This document shows positions 26,758-39,142 of a stretch of 64,000 bases of DNA, one piece after another. Under the pieces are notes generated by a model. The model saw only the letters and a program-made list of their open reading frames with translations, did not search any database and was not told where the DNA came from. The stretch covers positions 143,456 through 207,455 of the forward strand of contig SCUM01000001.1 in NCBI GenBank assembly GCA_004297215.1, read 5' to 3'. Origin of the DNA: Patescibacteria group bacterium (GTDB lineage: Bacteria > Patescibacteriota > Patescibacteriia > UBA9934 > GWF2-40-263). Position numbers and translations under genes: made by a program. Numbering within the stretch: the stretch's first letter is position 1; each line of letters starts with the position of its first letter.

Positions 26758-28275
26758 ATGTCCAAATTCTACCTCACGACGCCGATTTACTACATAAACG
26801 GCGCTCCGCACGTCGGGCACGCCTACACCGGAATCATCGCCGACGCGCTTGCCCGCTACCGCCGCATGCGTGGGGACGAGGTGTTTTTCTTGACGGGCAC
26901 CGACGAGAACAGCCAGAAGAACGTCGAGGCCGCGGAGAAAGCCGGAAAGAAGGATGACATCCAGGGGTATTTGGACACCATGGCGGCCACCTGGCAGGAA
27001 ACGTTCGACGAGCTGGGGTTCACGAACGACCGGTTCATCCGCACCACCGAGGCGGCGCATGCGAAGGCCGTCGAGAAGTTCTGGAAAGCGGTCGAGGCGA
27101 AGGGCGACATCTACGAGGGCGAATACGTCGGCCTCTACTGCAAGGGGTGCGAGGCGTTCTATACGGAAACGGACCTCGTCGACGCGAAATGCCCGCTCCA
27201 TAAGACCGCCCCCGAATCCATCAAGGAGAAGAACTATTTCTTCAGGCTCACCAAGTACCGCGATGCCTTGCTCGAGCATATCGGCAAGAACCCGGATTTC
27301 GTCGTCCCCGCCGCGCGCCGCAACGAGATCATGAGCTACATCCGTGATTTCATGAAGGACGTGTCCATCTCCCGCTCAAGCATGAAGTGGGGGATTCCCG
27401 TGCCCGGCGACGAGACGCAGCGCGTGTACGTGTGGTTCGACGCGCTCATCAACTATCTCACCGGCGTCGGGTACGGCACCGACGAAGCCGCGTTCAAGAA
27501 GTGGTGGCCAGCCGACCTGCACCTGGTGGGGAAGGACATCATCAAGTTCCATTGCGCGCTGTGGCCCGCGATGCTCATGAGCGCCGGGCTGCCGCTGCCC
27601 AAACGCGTGCTTGCGCACGGGTTCTTCACGATCGACGGCGAGAAGATCTCCAAGTCGCTTGGCAACGCCATCGATCCGGTGGCCGTCGCGGGCGAGTACG
27701 GCGTTGACGCGCTGCGGTACTTCCTGTTCCGCGAAATCCGCCTGGGCGAAGACGGCGATTTTTCCCTGACGCGCCTTGCGGCCCGCTACGACGGCGATTT
27801 GGCGAACGAGCTTGGCAATCTCGTGCACCGCGTGCTCACGATGACCGAGAAATACTTCGACGGGTCGGCGCCCCAGCGAGCCGACGGATTCCTCGCCGGC
27901 GCCTGGGACGGCTACCACGCCGCCTGGGAGGAGCTGCGCACACACGACGCGCTTGATGTCGTCTGGAGCCTTGTGCGCCAAAGCAACCAGCTCATCGAGG
28001 AGCGCGCGCCGTGGCAGCTTGCCAAGATGGGCGAGACGAAGCTCCTCGGGGACACGATGTACGCGCTCCTCGAGACGCTCCGGCACATCGCCTGGATGCT
28101 CTACCCCTTCATGCCAGAGACGGCAGAAAAGATGTTCGCGAAGCTCGGTCTCGCCGCCCCCAAGGAGTTTACGCAGCCGTTTGAAACGGCTTGGGCCTGG
28201 GGCGAACTCGTCCCGGGTGCTAGGATTGAGAAGGGAGAACCGTTGTTCCCGCGTAAGGAAAGGAAGGAGGCCTAA
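26758..28275 (+). CDS. metG: Methionine--tRNA ligase
   Basis: TTPIYY, HVGH, YVWFDAL, KISKS. Confidence 0.96.
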   Translation: MSKFYLTTPIYYINGAPHVGHAYTGIIADALARYRRMRGDEVFFLTGTDENSQKNVEAAEKAGKKDDIQGYLDTMAATWQETFDELGFTNDRFIRTTEAAHAKAVEKFWKAVEAKGDIYEGEYVGLYCKGCEAFYTETDLVDAKCPLHKTAPESIKEKNYFFRLTKYRDALLEHIGKNPDFVVPAARRNEIMSYIRDFMKDVSISRSSMKWGIPVPGDETQRVYVWFDALINYLTGVGYGTDEAAFKKWWPADLHLVGKDIIKFHCALWPAMLMSAGLPLPKRVLAHGFFTIDGEKISKSLGNAIDPVAVAGEYGVDALRYFLFREIRLGEDGDFSLTRLAARYDGDLANELGNLVHRVLTMTEKYFDGSAPQRADGFLAGAWDGYHAAWEELRTHDALDVVWSLVRQSNQLIEERAPWQLAKMGETKLLGDTMYALLETLRHIAWMLYPFMPETAEKMFAKLGLAAPKEFTQPFETAWAWGELVPGARIEKGEPLFPRKERKEA

Positions 28276-28776
28276 ATGTCCCTCGTAGACGTCATCCTCA
28301 TCTTCATCGTCGGCGGATTCACGATGTTCGGCCTGTTCTTCGGGCTCGTTCGCACGCTCGGCGGGCTCATCGGGACGATCGTCGGCATGGTGGTGGCCTC
28401 GCGACTGGTGGGGCCGGTGTACGACCGGTTCGGTTGGCTCATGGGCGGGGGAGGGACCGGCAAGGTGGTGGCATTCCTGATCGTATTCTTCGTCTTCGGG
28501 CGCATCTTCGGGCTCGGGTTGTGGCTCCTTCGCACCGTGTTCGGCTGGTTCGCCTGGATCCCGCTCGCCGGGCTCGTGGACAGGATCCTCGGCGCCGCGT
28601 TCGGCCTCATCGAAGGGATCGTGTTCGTGAGCGTCGCCTTGTTCTTCGCGCTGCAGTTCCTGCCGGACGACGCCGTGAAGATGGCGCTGTCCGCCTCCAT
28701 CGTGGGGAAGGGGATGCTCGCGATCGTGGCCGCCCTTCAGGTGATCTTCCCATCCAGCCTCAAGGCCGCCGGCTGA
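28276..28776 (+). CDS. CvpA family membrane protein
   Basis: 4 TM segments; DRILGAAFG motif. Confidence 0.85.
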   Translation: MSLVDVILIFIVGGFTMFGLFFGLVRTLGGLIGTIVGMVVASRLVGPVYDRFGWLMGGGGTGKVVAFLIVFFVFGRIFGLGLWLLRTVFGWFAWIPLAGLVDRILGAAFGLIEGIVFVSVALFFALQFLPDDAVKMALSASIVGKGMLAIVAALQVIFPSSLKAAG

Positions 28777-28777
28777 T

Positions 28778-29683
28778 ATGCTCGTGGATGCGCACTGCCA
28801 CGTGCATTTCCGCGGATATGGGGAGGAGAAGGGCGATGTCGTCCGGCGGGCGCGCGACGCCGGCGTAAAAATGATTACCGTCGGAACGAACCTCGCGACG
28901 AGCCGCGAAGCGTTGGCGTTCGCCGAGGGCCAGGACGACGTCTGGGCGACCGTCGGCCTGCATCCTAACCACACCACCGCTTCGCCACATCACGACGAGG
29001 AGGAGCTCGCGTCCGCGCCCCCCACGGAAGGGGAGCGGTTCGACGCCGACGCGTTCCGCGTCCTCGCGTCGCATCCCAAGTGCGTCGCGATCGGCGAATG
29101 CGGATTGGACTACTATCGGCTCGCAGGGGACGCGTCCGAGGCGAAGGCCCGGCAGACGGCCGCGGTTCGCGCGCAATTCGACCTCGCTACGGAGGCAGGC
29201 AAGCCGGTGGTCATCCACTGCCGCGATGGTTCGACGCCGCTCACCACAGGTGCGCACGCCGACCAGCTTGCGCTCATCAGGGAGTACGTCGCGGACGGGA
29301 AGTTGTCCCGTCGCGGTGTCATCCACTGTTTCACCGGCACATTAGAAGAGGCGCAAGCCTATGTCGCCGCCGGTTTTCTCATTTCGTTCACGGGCATCAT
29401 CACGTTCCCGCCCAAGGCGAGCTATCTCCCCCTTGGTAAGGGGGAGCATGAGGGGGTCGCGCTCTCTGCCTTGCAGCGAGTCGTCCAGGCGCTCCCGCTC
29501 GAATCCATCCTCGTCGAGACGGATTCCCCCTATCTCACCCCGATCCCATTCCGCGGAAAACAAAACGAACCGGCCCATGTCCGTTTTGTCGCAGAAAAGA
29601 TCGGCCAACTGAAAAACCTCCCTTTCGAGGAGGTCGCGCGCGCGACGACGGAAAACGCCCATCACCTCTTCAGTCTATCCTGA
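28778..29683 (+). CDS. tatD: TatD family DNase, carrying two in-frame palindrome inserts
   Basis: DAHCH, GLHP, IGECGLDY, IHCR, IHCF, ETDSPYL. Confidence 0.95.
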   Translation: MLVDAHCHVHFRGYGEEKGDVVRRARDAGVKMITVGTNLATSREALAFAEGQDDVWATVGLHPNHTTASPHHDEEELASAPPTEGERFDADAFRVLASHPKCVAIGECGLDYYRLAGDASEAKARQTAAVRAQFDLATEAGKPVVIHCRDGSTPLTTGAHADQLALIREYVADGKLSRRGVIHCFTGTLEEAQAYVAAGFLISFTGIITFPPKASYLPLGKGEHEGVALSALQRVVQALPLESILVETDSPYLTPIPFRGKQNEPAHVRFVAEKIGQLKNLPFEEVARATTENAHHLFSLS

Positions 29684-29789
29684 GGGCCTTGTCCGCCTGA
29701 GGCCTTCACGCCTGCGCCGTCCACAATAAAAGAGCCCCCGGTCGCGACAGATGTCGCTTCCAGGGGCCGTGCTGCCTGTGACGTGCTAC

Positions 29790-30986
29790 CTAGTGCACCG
29801 TCGGAGGCTTCTCGGCCTCTGTGACGGGAGGTGCGGACTCGGCACCGTCCCCCGTGTCGAACCCCGCGAGATCGGGATCCACGGCCGGTGACGCAGCCGC
29901 CGCCTCTGCGGCTGCCGGCGCTTCGGGCGGAGCTGCTTCTGCCTTCTGCTTCTTCAGCTTCGCCTCGATCTCGCCGATCAGGGCCTTGAGCGCCTCGTAC
30001 TGGTTCACGAGACGCTCGCGAGGCACCCTCATCCCACGATGCTCGAACTCCTTCCGCCTCTTGCCCGGCTCGTAGCGCGAGAGGTTCTTCATGGCCCGCG
30101 CGAGGACCTCATCGGAAACGCCGTGGCCGATGTCGAGCAGGTCCCGGAGCGCCGGACGCGGGAATGCCTCGCCGCCGGCCCTGATCGCATCCTTCACCTC
30201 GATGGCGTCGGAGGCATCAGGCTGCTTCACGAGCGGCACGATATCGGCGATGATCTCGTGCAGCATCTCGCGATGCAGGAACACCGTCATGACGCCCTTG
30301 CAGTGCAGGTCGGCCTCCTTCACCCGCACGACCTTCCCGAACGGGATGAGCGCCACCGCGTCCCGGATGGGCACGTTCTCCTGACCGTACGTCTGCCCAT
30401 GGAACAGGAGCGTCATCTGCGGCGGGCTCTTCGGGTTGAGGTCCTGGAACTCGCCCCGCGCCCGCGCCTCATGCAGGTTGGCCGGGACGGCATACGCCGT
30501 GCTCCAGCCGCGTTTCCAGGCGACCAGCATCTTGCGCGGCTTGCCGTCGGCGTACGTCTCGCCCTTCATGCGCAACTCGCTGGCAAGCAGCACGACCGTC
30601 GGGCATGGGACCCGTGAAAGCACGTACCCGCCGAGCCGGACCAGGGTCCCCGTCTCGTCGATGCGTTGCCTGGCGGCCGTCTCCGTGGCCTCGATGCCGT
30701 AGCAGTGGTCGTCCTTCCTGATCCCGAACGCCTCGTCGTCCGCCTCGGCGACGAAGGTGACGGCCTCGCGCACCGTCACGGTCTCGACCACCTCCATCTT
30801 GGCCTTCTTGTCGTAGTGCTTGCGCTCTTTTTGCACATCGTGAAACATCTCCTCGTCGACGGTGATGGCCTTGATGTACGTCCTCGAACTGAACACGAGG
30901 GTCATCTCCACGATGTAGTCCGGGTTGGAAAGGCCGACGCTGGCGTAAATCTTCCCTTGCTCTTCGAGCTCGTAGGGGAACTTCAT
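29790..30986 (-). CDS. Hypothetical protein (ORFan)
   Basis: 398-aa frame with AAGGAG Shine-Dalgarno and GC3-rich codons. Confidence 0.75.
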   Translation of the reverse strand: MKFPYELEEQGKIYASVGLSNPDYIVEMTLVFSSRTYIKAITVDEEMFHDVQKERKHYDKKAKMEVVETVTVREAVTFVAEADDEAFGIRKDDHCYGIEATETAARQRIDETGTLVRLGGYVLSRVPCPTVVLLASELRMKGETYADGKPRKMLVAWKRGWSTAYAVPANLHEARARGEFQDLNPKSPPQMTLLFHGQTYGQENVPIRDAVALIPFGKVVRVKEADLHCKGVMTVFLHREMLHEIIADIVPLVKQPDASDAIEVKDAIRAGGEAFPRPALRDLLDIGHGVSDEVLARAMKNLSRYEPGKRRKEFEHRGMRVPRERLVNQYEALKALIGEIEAKLKKQKAEAAPPEAPAAAEAAAASPAVDPDLAGFDTGDGAESAPPVTEAEKPPTVH

Positions 30987-31184
30987 GGCTCAGGCTCCTT
31001 CGCGTCCGTGATCGAGCGCGGCCACCATGGCACACGCTCGCAAGGACTTCGGAAGGTATCAGAAAAACGCGGTCTTGTCAATCTGAACCGACGGAAGGAA
31101 TTCCGAAGGATATTGACGATTTCGAGATTTTTTGCTACGGTCTTGGGTCTACGTCAACCGGTTTTGACAGAGAGGAGGTCTGCC

Positions 31185-32165
31185 GTGGACGAAATCGAAC
31201 GAATCAGTGCGTGCAAGACGATCATTTACTTGCTGATGGGAAAGCAGGTATCGGACGAGAGGCGAAGCGCTGCCGCCGGGCTGCTTCCGGAGGAGGCGTG
31301 GGTTGATACGCTGCTCCTCAACGAAGTCGCCGACCATGAACAGGCGATGGAGAAGGCGAAACGAGCCATCGCCATCATCGTGTGGGCTGGCAAGCTGAAG
31401 GCGGGCAAGGTCCCGCTCACGCCAAAGAATGTTCAGCTCATCGGCGAGAAGCTGGCCGCGGCGGGGTGCGGGGGGGATCTCGAGGCGTGCGAGATCATGG
31501 CGCTCGAGACCATGCTCGCCGAGCCGCCTTCAAAGGAGCCCACGCTTCCCGCCGACGCCCTGGACGACGAGGACGACGATGAGGACGAGTCGGGCGAGGA
31601 CGAGGACGGAGGCGACGATGCGGGTGACGACGCGGACGAGGATGGATCGGACGAGGGCGACGCCGATGATGCGGATGCCTCGACCGCTGACACGTCGACG
31701 CCGCTCACCCAGGCACCGATCGTCACCGGCCTCGGCCGCCGTCCGTCGTCCAGGCACGACAACGGCGACGAGAAGGAACGCGATCGCGTGAAGGACGTGA
31801 AGCAGGACGCCGACAAGCCGGCGAACGGTCCTGCCTACCGGATCTGCGGCGACCTCACGGTCCCGCCGCCCGTGCCCGGCGACCCGTTCTCGTTCCACGA
31901 CGGCGAGCTGTGCCTGAACGAGCGATGGAAGCACCTGCGTTCCATGATCGTCGCGGCCGTCGAGCTGTTCCAGTCGACGGTCGAAGGGGAGCGCGAGGTC
32001 GGCAGGAAGGCCCTGATCGACCTGCCCGCGAATCTCGACAAGCCCGAGTGGAGCGCCTACTACGGCCCGCGCGTGAGTGAGGCGGGGCGGAAGATGCTCA
32101 AGCACGTCTCATCGTGCTTGGACCTCAACCCCGCCCAGCCGGCAGCAGCCGCCCCTGTCATCTGA
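31185..32165 (+). CDS. Hypothetical protein with a long Asp/Glu-rich tract
   Basis: GTG start after GAGGAGG; promoter TTGACG-17-TACGGT near 31113. Confidence 0.7.
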   Translation: MDEIERISACKTIIYLLMGKQVSDERRSAAAGLLPEEAWVDTLLLNEVADHEQAMEKAKRAIAIIVWAGKLKAGKVPLTPKNVQLIGEKLAAAGCGGDLEACEIMALETMLAEPPSKEPTLPADALDDEDDDEDESGEDEDGGDDAGDDADEDGSDEGDADDADASTADTSTPLTQAPIVTGLGRRPSSRHDNGDEKERDRVKDVKQDADKPANGPAYRICGDLTVPPPVPGDPFSFHDGELCLNERWKHLRSMIVAAVELFQSTVEGEREVGRKALIDLPANLDKPEWSAYYGPRVSEAGRKMLKHVSSCLDLNPAQPAAAAPVI

Positions 32166-32285
32166 CAGCGGGCGGAAGTTCCTTCGCCGCTGATGCGTCT
32201 CAGGATGACCGAACCCTCTGCGGATTCGGTCATTTTTCATTCCATTGACTCGCGAACGGGTTCCCCATATACTTCCGGCGTCTTT

Positions 32286-32555
32286 ATGACGAACGATCAG
32301 GCCTATATCCGGCTTGCCATGCGGATTTTCGCTGATTTCGGCGTCAGTACCGCGGTGCCTGCCGTATTGGCCGCGCTTGGAGGGAAATGGCTGGACGCCC
32401 GGTACGGGACCGCCCCGAAACTTCTCATCGCCTGCCTGGCCGCCGCCCTCGCCCTGACCGCCCTGACGATCGTCCGCAAGGCCCGCCGATACTCGGCCGA
32501 ATACCAGCGCCTGATCGCTTCCGAATCGAAGGCTCCTCCTTCGCCTGAATCCTGA
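32286..32555 (+). CDS. atpI: AtpZ/AtpI family protein
   Basis: GGKWLD.RYGT.P motif; first gene of the atp operon. Confidence 0.8.
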   Translation: MTNDQAYIRLAMRIFADFGVSTAVPAVLAALGGKWLDARYGTAPKLLIACLAAALALTALTIVRKARRYSAEYQRLIASESKAPPSPES

Positions 32556-32560
32556 ACCTT

Positions 32561-33364
32561 GTGCTCGTTCCTGCCGCCGCAGAACCCATTTTCCACATCG
32601 GGAGCTTCCCGGTCACCAACGCCCTGATCAACGGGTGGATTGCGGCCGGGTTTTTCGTGGGCCTGGCGTTCATGCTGCGCTCGCGCTCGGCGCTCGTGCC
32701 GACGGGGGTCCAGAACGCGGCGGAGACGGTCGTCGAGGCCGCCCTTGGGGAAGTGCAGAAGGTGACGGGCGACCGGGAACGTGCCCTGCGGTTCCTGCCC
32801 ATCGTCGGGACCCTGTTCGTATTCATCCTGTTCTCCAACTGGATCGGCCTGCTTCCGGGCAGCGGTTCCGTCGGGATGTGGCAGGTGCATGGCGGAGAAA
32901 ACCTGCTCGTCCCGGTGATGCGCGCGGCCACGAGCGACCTCAACTTCACGCTCGCGATCGCCCTGTTCGCCGTGCTCGCCTCGCACCTGTTCGGCCTGCG
33001 CGCGGTAGGGCTCGGCACGCACGTCGGCCGATTCATCCAGATCCCCGGCCTCATCAGGTCGTTCTCGAAGGGACCGATGGCCGTGATGGTGGCGCTTATC
33101 GAGTTCGCCGTCGGCTTGCTCGAGATCGTCTCGGAATTCGCCAAGGTCGTGTCGCTGTCCCTGCGCCTGTTCGGCAACGTGTTCGCGGGCGAGGTGCTGC
33201 TCACGGTGATGCTCGGGATCTTCGCCTATGGCCTGCCTATCCCGTTCCTGTTCCTGGAACTCCTGGTCGGCATCATCCAGGCCACGGTGTTCGCCATGCT
33301 GACCCTCGCGTACCTTACGGTGATGACCACGCCGCCCTCGCATGGGGAAGAGGGCGCGCACTGA
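32561..33364 (+). CDS. atpB: ATP synthase Fo subunit a
   Basis: SLSLRLFGNVFAGE, LELLVGIIQA. Confidence 0.95.
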   Translation: MLVPAAAEPIFHIGSFPVTNALINGWIAAGFFVGLAFMLRSRSALVPTGVQNAAETVVEAALGEVQKVTGDRERALRFLPIVGTLFVFILFSNWIGLLPGSGSVGMWQVHGGENLLVPVMRAATSDLNFTLAIALFAVLASHLFGLRAVGLGTHVGRFIQIPGLIRSFSKGPMAVMVALIEFAVGLLEIVSEFAKVVSLSLRLFGNVFAGEVLLTVMLGIFAYGLPIPFLFLELLVGIIQATVFAMLTLAYLTVMTTPPSHGEEGAH

Positions 33365-33417
33365 TTGTCGGTTGCCGCCTCTCAACCGAAAACGGCTGGG
33401 AGGCGCTAACTCGATAA

Positions 33418-33646
<229 letters not shown>

Positions 33647-33648
<2 letters not shown>

Positions 33649-33712
33649 GCCGAAGGCCGCAGGCGGACAAGGCCCCAGGGCTGCCCTGAGGCCTTCACGC
33701 CTGAAGCCTTCC
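33647..33712. repeat. AGGC/GCCT quasi-palindromic repeat family (also near 29682, 36137, 36788, 58770)
   Basis: GAAGGCCGCAGGCGGACAAGGCC...CCTGAGGCCTTCACGCCT, near-identical at 36137-36187. Confidence 0.85.
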
Positions 33713-33726
33713 ATCCAAAACCCATT

Positions 33727-34245
33727 ATGTCTGAACCTACCGGCGGACTCGCGACCTTCGGGATCGACGGCCGCATCCTCCTCGCCCAGCTCATCAACTT
33801 CCTGGTGGTGCTGTTCGTGCTCAAGCGGTTCGCTTGGGGGCCGATCGCGGCGCGTCTGGATGCGAGGTCGAAGAAGATCGAGGAGGGGATGAAGGACGCC
33901 GAAGAGGCGGCGAAGCGGCTGAAGTCGGCCGATGCGGAACGCGCGTCGATGCTTTCCGCGACGAGATCGGAAGCGTCGGCCATCGTCGAGAAGGCGCGCG
34001 CGGACTCCGAGGCCATGCGCGCCGAACTCATCGCCAGGGCGAAGGGCGACGTGGAACGCGTCGTCATGGGCGGCAAGGCGCAGCTGAAGGCCGAGCAAGA
34101 GGCGATGAAGGCCGAGCTCAAGCGCGACGTGGCGGAATTCGCGGTGGAGGCGGCCAGGCGCATCCTGGCCGAAGGCGTCAGCAAGGAATCGTCCGAACGC
34201 CTCTCCTCCGAGATGGTCGTGGCGTGGGCCAGGAAGGAGGTATGA
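33727..34245 (+). CDS. atpF: ATP synthase Fo subunit b
   Basis: QLINF TM then coiled coil; operon position. Confidence 0.93.
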   Translation: MSEPTGGLATFGIDGRILLAQLINFLVVLFVLKRFAWGPIAARLDARSKKIEEGMKDAEEAAKRLKSADAERASMLSATRSEASAIVEKARADSEAMRAELIARAKGDVERVVMGGKAQLKAEQEAMKAELKRDVAEFAVEAARRILAEGVSKESSERLSSEMVVAWARKEV

Positions 34246-34631
34246 AGGCGAACCCCAAACAGCTGGCCGCCACGCTTCTTACGGCGGCCGAAGGGAAGTC
34301 CGGGGCGGCGCTCGACGAGACGGTCTACGCCTTCCTCGAGATGATGCATGGGCGGGGCGAGCTCCATCGGACGCGGGAGGTGATGCGCGCCGTGGACACG
34401 CAGTGGCGCAAGCGCTATGGGGTGTCACGGGTCTCCGTGGAATCCGCGCATGCGCTCCCGGTGAAGGTCCAGCAGGCCGTGGACAAGCTCGCGAAGGGCG
34501 CGGATGTCTTCTTCTCGATAGACCCCTCGCTCATCGGCGGCGCGCGCGTGCGGGTGGACGACCTGGTGATCGACAACACCGTGCTCGGCAGGGCCGACCG
34601 ACTCAAGCGGCAATTGATGGAACGCATCTGA
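34242..34631 (+). CDS. atpH: ATP synthase F1 delta (short form)
   Basis: [17 protein letters not shown]; operon position. Confidence 0.88.
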   Translation: MKANPKQLAATLLTAAEGKSGAALDETVYAFLEMMHGRGELHRTREVMRAVDTQWRKRYGVSRVSVESAHALPVKVQQAVDKLAKGADVFFSIDPSLIGGARVRVDDLVIDNTVLGRADRLKRQLMERI

Positions 34632-34632
34632 T

Positions 34633-36138
34633 ATGGCAACCAAAGCAGACATCCTGAACAGCCTCAAGGAGCAGCTCGCTTCCTTCCAGTCCGGCATGCA
34701 GGAAAGCCAGGTCGGCACGGTGCTCTCCGTCGGGGACGGCGTGGCGCGCCTTTCGGGCCTTTCCAGGCTCCAGGCTTCCGAGATGATCGAGTTCCCGGGA
34801 GGCATCCTGGGCGTCGCCCTCAACCTTGAGGAAGACACGGTGGGCGCCATCGTGATCGGCGACAGTGCGCGCATCAAGGAGGGCGACACGGTGAAGGCGA
34901 CCGGGCGCATCCTCTCGATCCCGATTTCCGATGCCGTGCTCGGGCGCGTCATCGACCCGCTGGGGAACGCCAAGGACGGCAAGGGCGTCATCCGCGCCGC
35001 GCAGTTTTTCCCGATCGAGAAGATCGCCCCGGGCGTGATGACGCGCCGCAGCGTGGGCGTGCCGCTCGCCACCGGCGTGAAGGCGGTCGACGCGCTCATC
35101 CCGATCGGTCGCGGCCAGCGCGAACTCATCATCGGCGACCGCCAGACCGGCAAGACCGCCATCGCGGTCGACGCCATCATCAACCAGAAGGGGACCGGGG
35201 TGAAATGCATCTACGTCGCGATCGGCCAGAAGGAGTCCAAGGTCGCGAAGATCGTGGCCAAGCTCGAGGAGGCCGGAGCGATGGAATACACCACGGTCGT
35301 GGTGGCCGGCGCGTCCGACCCGGCGGCCTACAGCTTCGTGGCGCCCTACTCCGGTTGCGCCATCGGCGAATACTTCATGGCAAAGGGCGAGGACGCGCTC
35401 GTGGTGTACGACGACCTGTCCAAGCACGCCTGGGCCTACCGCGAGATCTCGCTGCTCTTGCGCCGCCCGCCGGGCCGCGAGGCCTACCCGGGCGACGTGT
35501 TCTACCTCCACTCCCGCCTGCTCGAGCGCGCGGCGCGCCTTGACGAGAAGAACGGCGGCGGCTCGCTCACCGCGCTGCCCATCATCGAGACGCAGGCCGG
35601 CGACGTGTCCGCCTACATCCCGACCAACGTGATTTCCATCACGGACGGGCAGATTTACCTCGAGACAGACCTGTTCTACCGCGGCATCCGCCCGGCGCTG
35701 AACGTCGGGTTGTCCGTGTCGCGCGTGGGCTCGGCCGCGCAGACCAAGGCGATGAAGAAGGTGGCCGGCCGCCTGCGCCTGGACCTCGCGCAGTTCCGCG
35801 AGCTCGAGGCGTTCGCGCAGTTCGCCACGGACCTCGATGAGAAGACGCGCAGCCAGATCGAGCGCGGCCGGCGCCTCACCGAGATCCTCAAGCAGCCGCA
35901 ATACCAGCCGATGCCGTTTGAGGAGCAGGTCGCGGTCATCTACGCCGTCACCAACGGCCATTTCGACGCGATCCCCGTGGCCGACATCGCCGAGACGGAA
36001 AAGAAGTTCCACGCGTTCATGCGCTCCTCCGGCGCCAAGGCGCTCGCGGCCCTGCGGGAAAAGAAGGCCATCGACGACGAGGTCGAGGCGGGCCTCAAGG
36101 CGGCGATCGCGGATTTTATTGAAACGCTAAAGGCATGA
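34633..36138 (+). CDS. atpA: ATP synthase F1 alpha
   Basis: [23 protein letters not shown]. Confidence 0.98.
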   Translation: MATKADILNSLKEQLASFQSGMQESQVGTVLSVGDGVARLSGLSRLQASEMIEFPGGILGVALNLEEDTVGAIVIGDSARIKEGDTVKATGRILSIPISDAVLGRVIDPLGNAKDGKGVIRAAQFFPIEKIAPGVMTRRSVGVPLATGVKAVDALIPIGRGQRELIIGDRQTGKTAIAVDAIINQKGTGVKCIYVAIGQKESKVAKIVAKLEEAGAMEYTTVVVAGASDPAAYSFVAPYSGCAIGEYFMAKGEDALVVYDDLSKHAWAYREISLLLRRPPGREAYPGDVFYLHSRLLERAARLDEKNGGGSLTALPIIETQAGDVSAYIPTNVISITDGQIYLETDLFYRGIRPALNVGLSVSRVGSAAQTKAMKKVAGRLRLDLAQFRELEAFAQFATDLDEKTRSQIERGRRLTEILKQPQYQPMPFEEQVAVIYAVTNGHFDAIPVADIAETEKKFHAFMRSSGAKALAALREKKAIDDEVEAGLKAAIADFIETLKA

Positions 36139-36205
36139 AGGCCGCAGGCAGACAAGGCCGCAGGGAAGCCCTGAGGCCTTCACGCCTAACGCCTTAACGC
36201 CTCCT

Positions 36206-37120
36206 ATGGCCGTCCAAACCCGTTCAATCAAGCGTCGCCTCAAGTCGGTGCGCAACACGCGCAAGATCACCAAGGCGATGGAACTCGTGGCCGCGAGCAA
36301 GATGCGCAAGGCCGTGAGTTCGGCGTTGGGCAGCCGTCCGTACGCGAAGATCGCCTGGGAGACCGTGCGCTCGATTTCCGAAGTGGTGGACGTGAGCCTG
36401 CACCCGCTGCTCATGCCGCGCGTGGGGAAGCCGGAAAAGGCGCTGCTCGTGCTCATCACCTCCGACCGCGGGCTCGCCGGCGGGTTCAACAGCAACGCCG
36501 TGAAGCATGCCCTGTCCGAAGTCCGCAAGGCCGGCGTCTCGTCCGTGTCGGCCGTGTGCGTGGGACGGCGCGGGGCCGAGGCCGTGAAGCGGGCGGGGTA
36601 TCCGGTGCTCGCGAGCTTCGTGGACGTCACCAACAAGCCCACGTTCCAGGACATCCTGCCCATCGGCAAAGTGGCCGTGGAGGAATACCTGGCAGGGCGG
36701 TGCGACACCGTACTCATCGCGTACACGGATTTCGTGAGCGCCCTCACGCAAAAACCCGCGGTGCTTGAGCTGTTGCCCTTGGTCGATGAGGCGAGGAAGG
36801 CTCCGGGCGGCAAGGCCGCAGGAGAAGCTGAAGCCTTCACGCGTGAGGCCTCGAGGCCTTCCGACTTCACCTTTGAACCCTCACCGCAGGCCGTGCTCGA
36901 CGCGTTGCTCCCGAGGATCGTCGAGGCGATGACCTACCAGGCCGTGCTCGAGTCGGCCGCGAGCGAACACTCGGCCCGCATGATGGCCATGCGCAGCGCC
37001 ACGGACGCCGCTTCCGAAATGATCGACGACCTGAATTTCACCTTCAACCAGGCACGCCAGGCGGGCATCACGCAGGAGATCGCGGAGATATCAAGCGGCA
37101 AAGCCGCCTTGGAAAGCCAA

Positions 37121-37123
<3 letters not shown>
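36206..37123 (+). CDS. atpG: ATP synthase F1 gamma
   Basis: KITKAMELVA, SDRGLAG, RQAGITQEI. Confidence 0.97.
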
Positions 37124-38582
<1,459 letters not shown>

Positions 38583-38589
38583 CCCTTTT

Positions 38590-39033
38590 ATGTCCCTCTC
38601 CCTGAAAATCGTCACGCCCGAACGGGTGGCCTACGAGGCCACCGTGGATTCGATTACCGCGATGACGCAGGACGGGGAAATCACGGTCCTGCCCGGTCAT
38701 GCGCCCCTCGTGAGCGCGCTGCGGCCAGGCGAAGCCAGGGTGAAGGTCGGCGCCGACGAATCGTTCCTCGCGCTCTCCACCGGCTTCCTGCAGGTGCGCC
38801 CCGACAACGAGATCGTGATCATCGCCGACCACGCCGAGCGCATGGAAGAGCTCGAGCTTGAGGCCGTCAAAGCTGCCAAGGAACGCGCCAAGGCGCTCAT
38901 GGAAGAAAAGCGCCACATCGACGACGTCGCGTTCGCGGGCGCCGCCGCGCTCATGGAGCGTGAGCTGGCCCGCGAAAAGGTGGCCCTGCGCCGACATCAC
39001 GCCCGTGGTCCGCACATCGAAAGCCAGCCATAA
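38590..39033 (+). CDS. atpC: ATP synthase F1 epsilon
   Basis: IVTPE, GEITVLPGHAPL. Confidence 0.95.
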   Translation: MSLSLKIVTPERVAYEATVDSITAMTQDGEITVLPGHAPLVSALRPGEARVKVGADESFLALSTGFLQVRPDNEIVIIADHAERMEELELEAVKAAKERAKALMEEKRHIDDVAFAGAAALMERELAREKVALRRHHARGPHIESQP

Positions 39034-39063
39034 AAAACGGGGCCGAAAGGCCTCGTTTCGTTT
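39032..39063 (+). terminator. atp operon terminator
   Basis: AAACGGGGCC-GAAA-GGCCTCGTTT. Confidence 0.8.
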
Positions 39064-39142
39064 GGACTAACGGTTGACAAAATCGCCAAAACATGATATT
39101 TGTTCAACGCTTATGATCCTCTAAACAGGACGGGGTGGCATC

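Noticed and set aside
30666-31184. N-terminal part of the 499-aa ORF (and similarly 49113-49946 of the 650-aa ORF)
   Set aside because: These are antisense overlaps with real minus-strand genes; better starts are 31185 and 49947.
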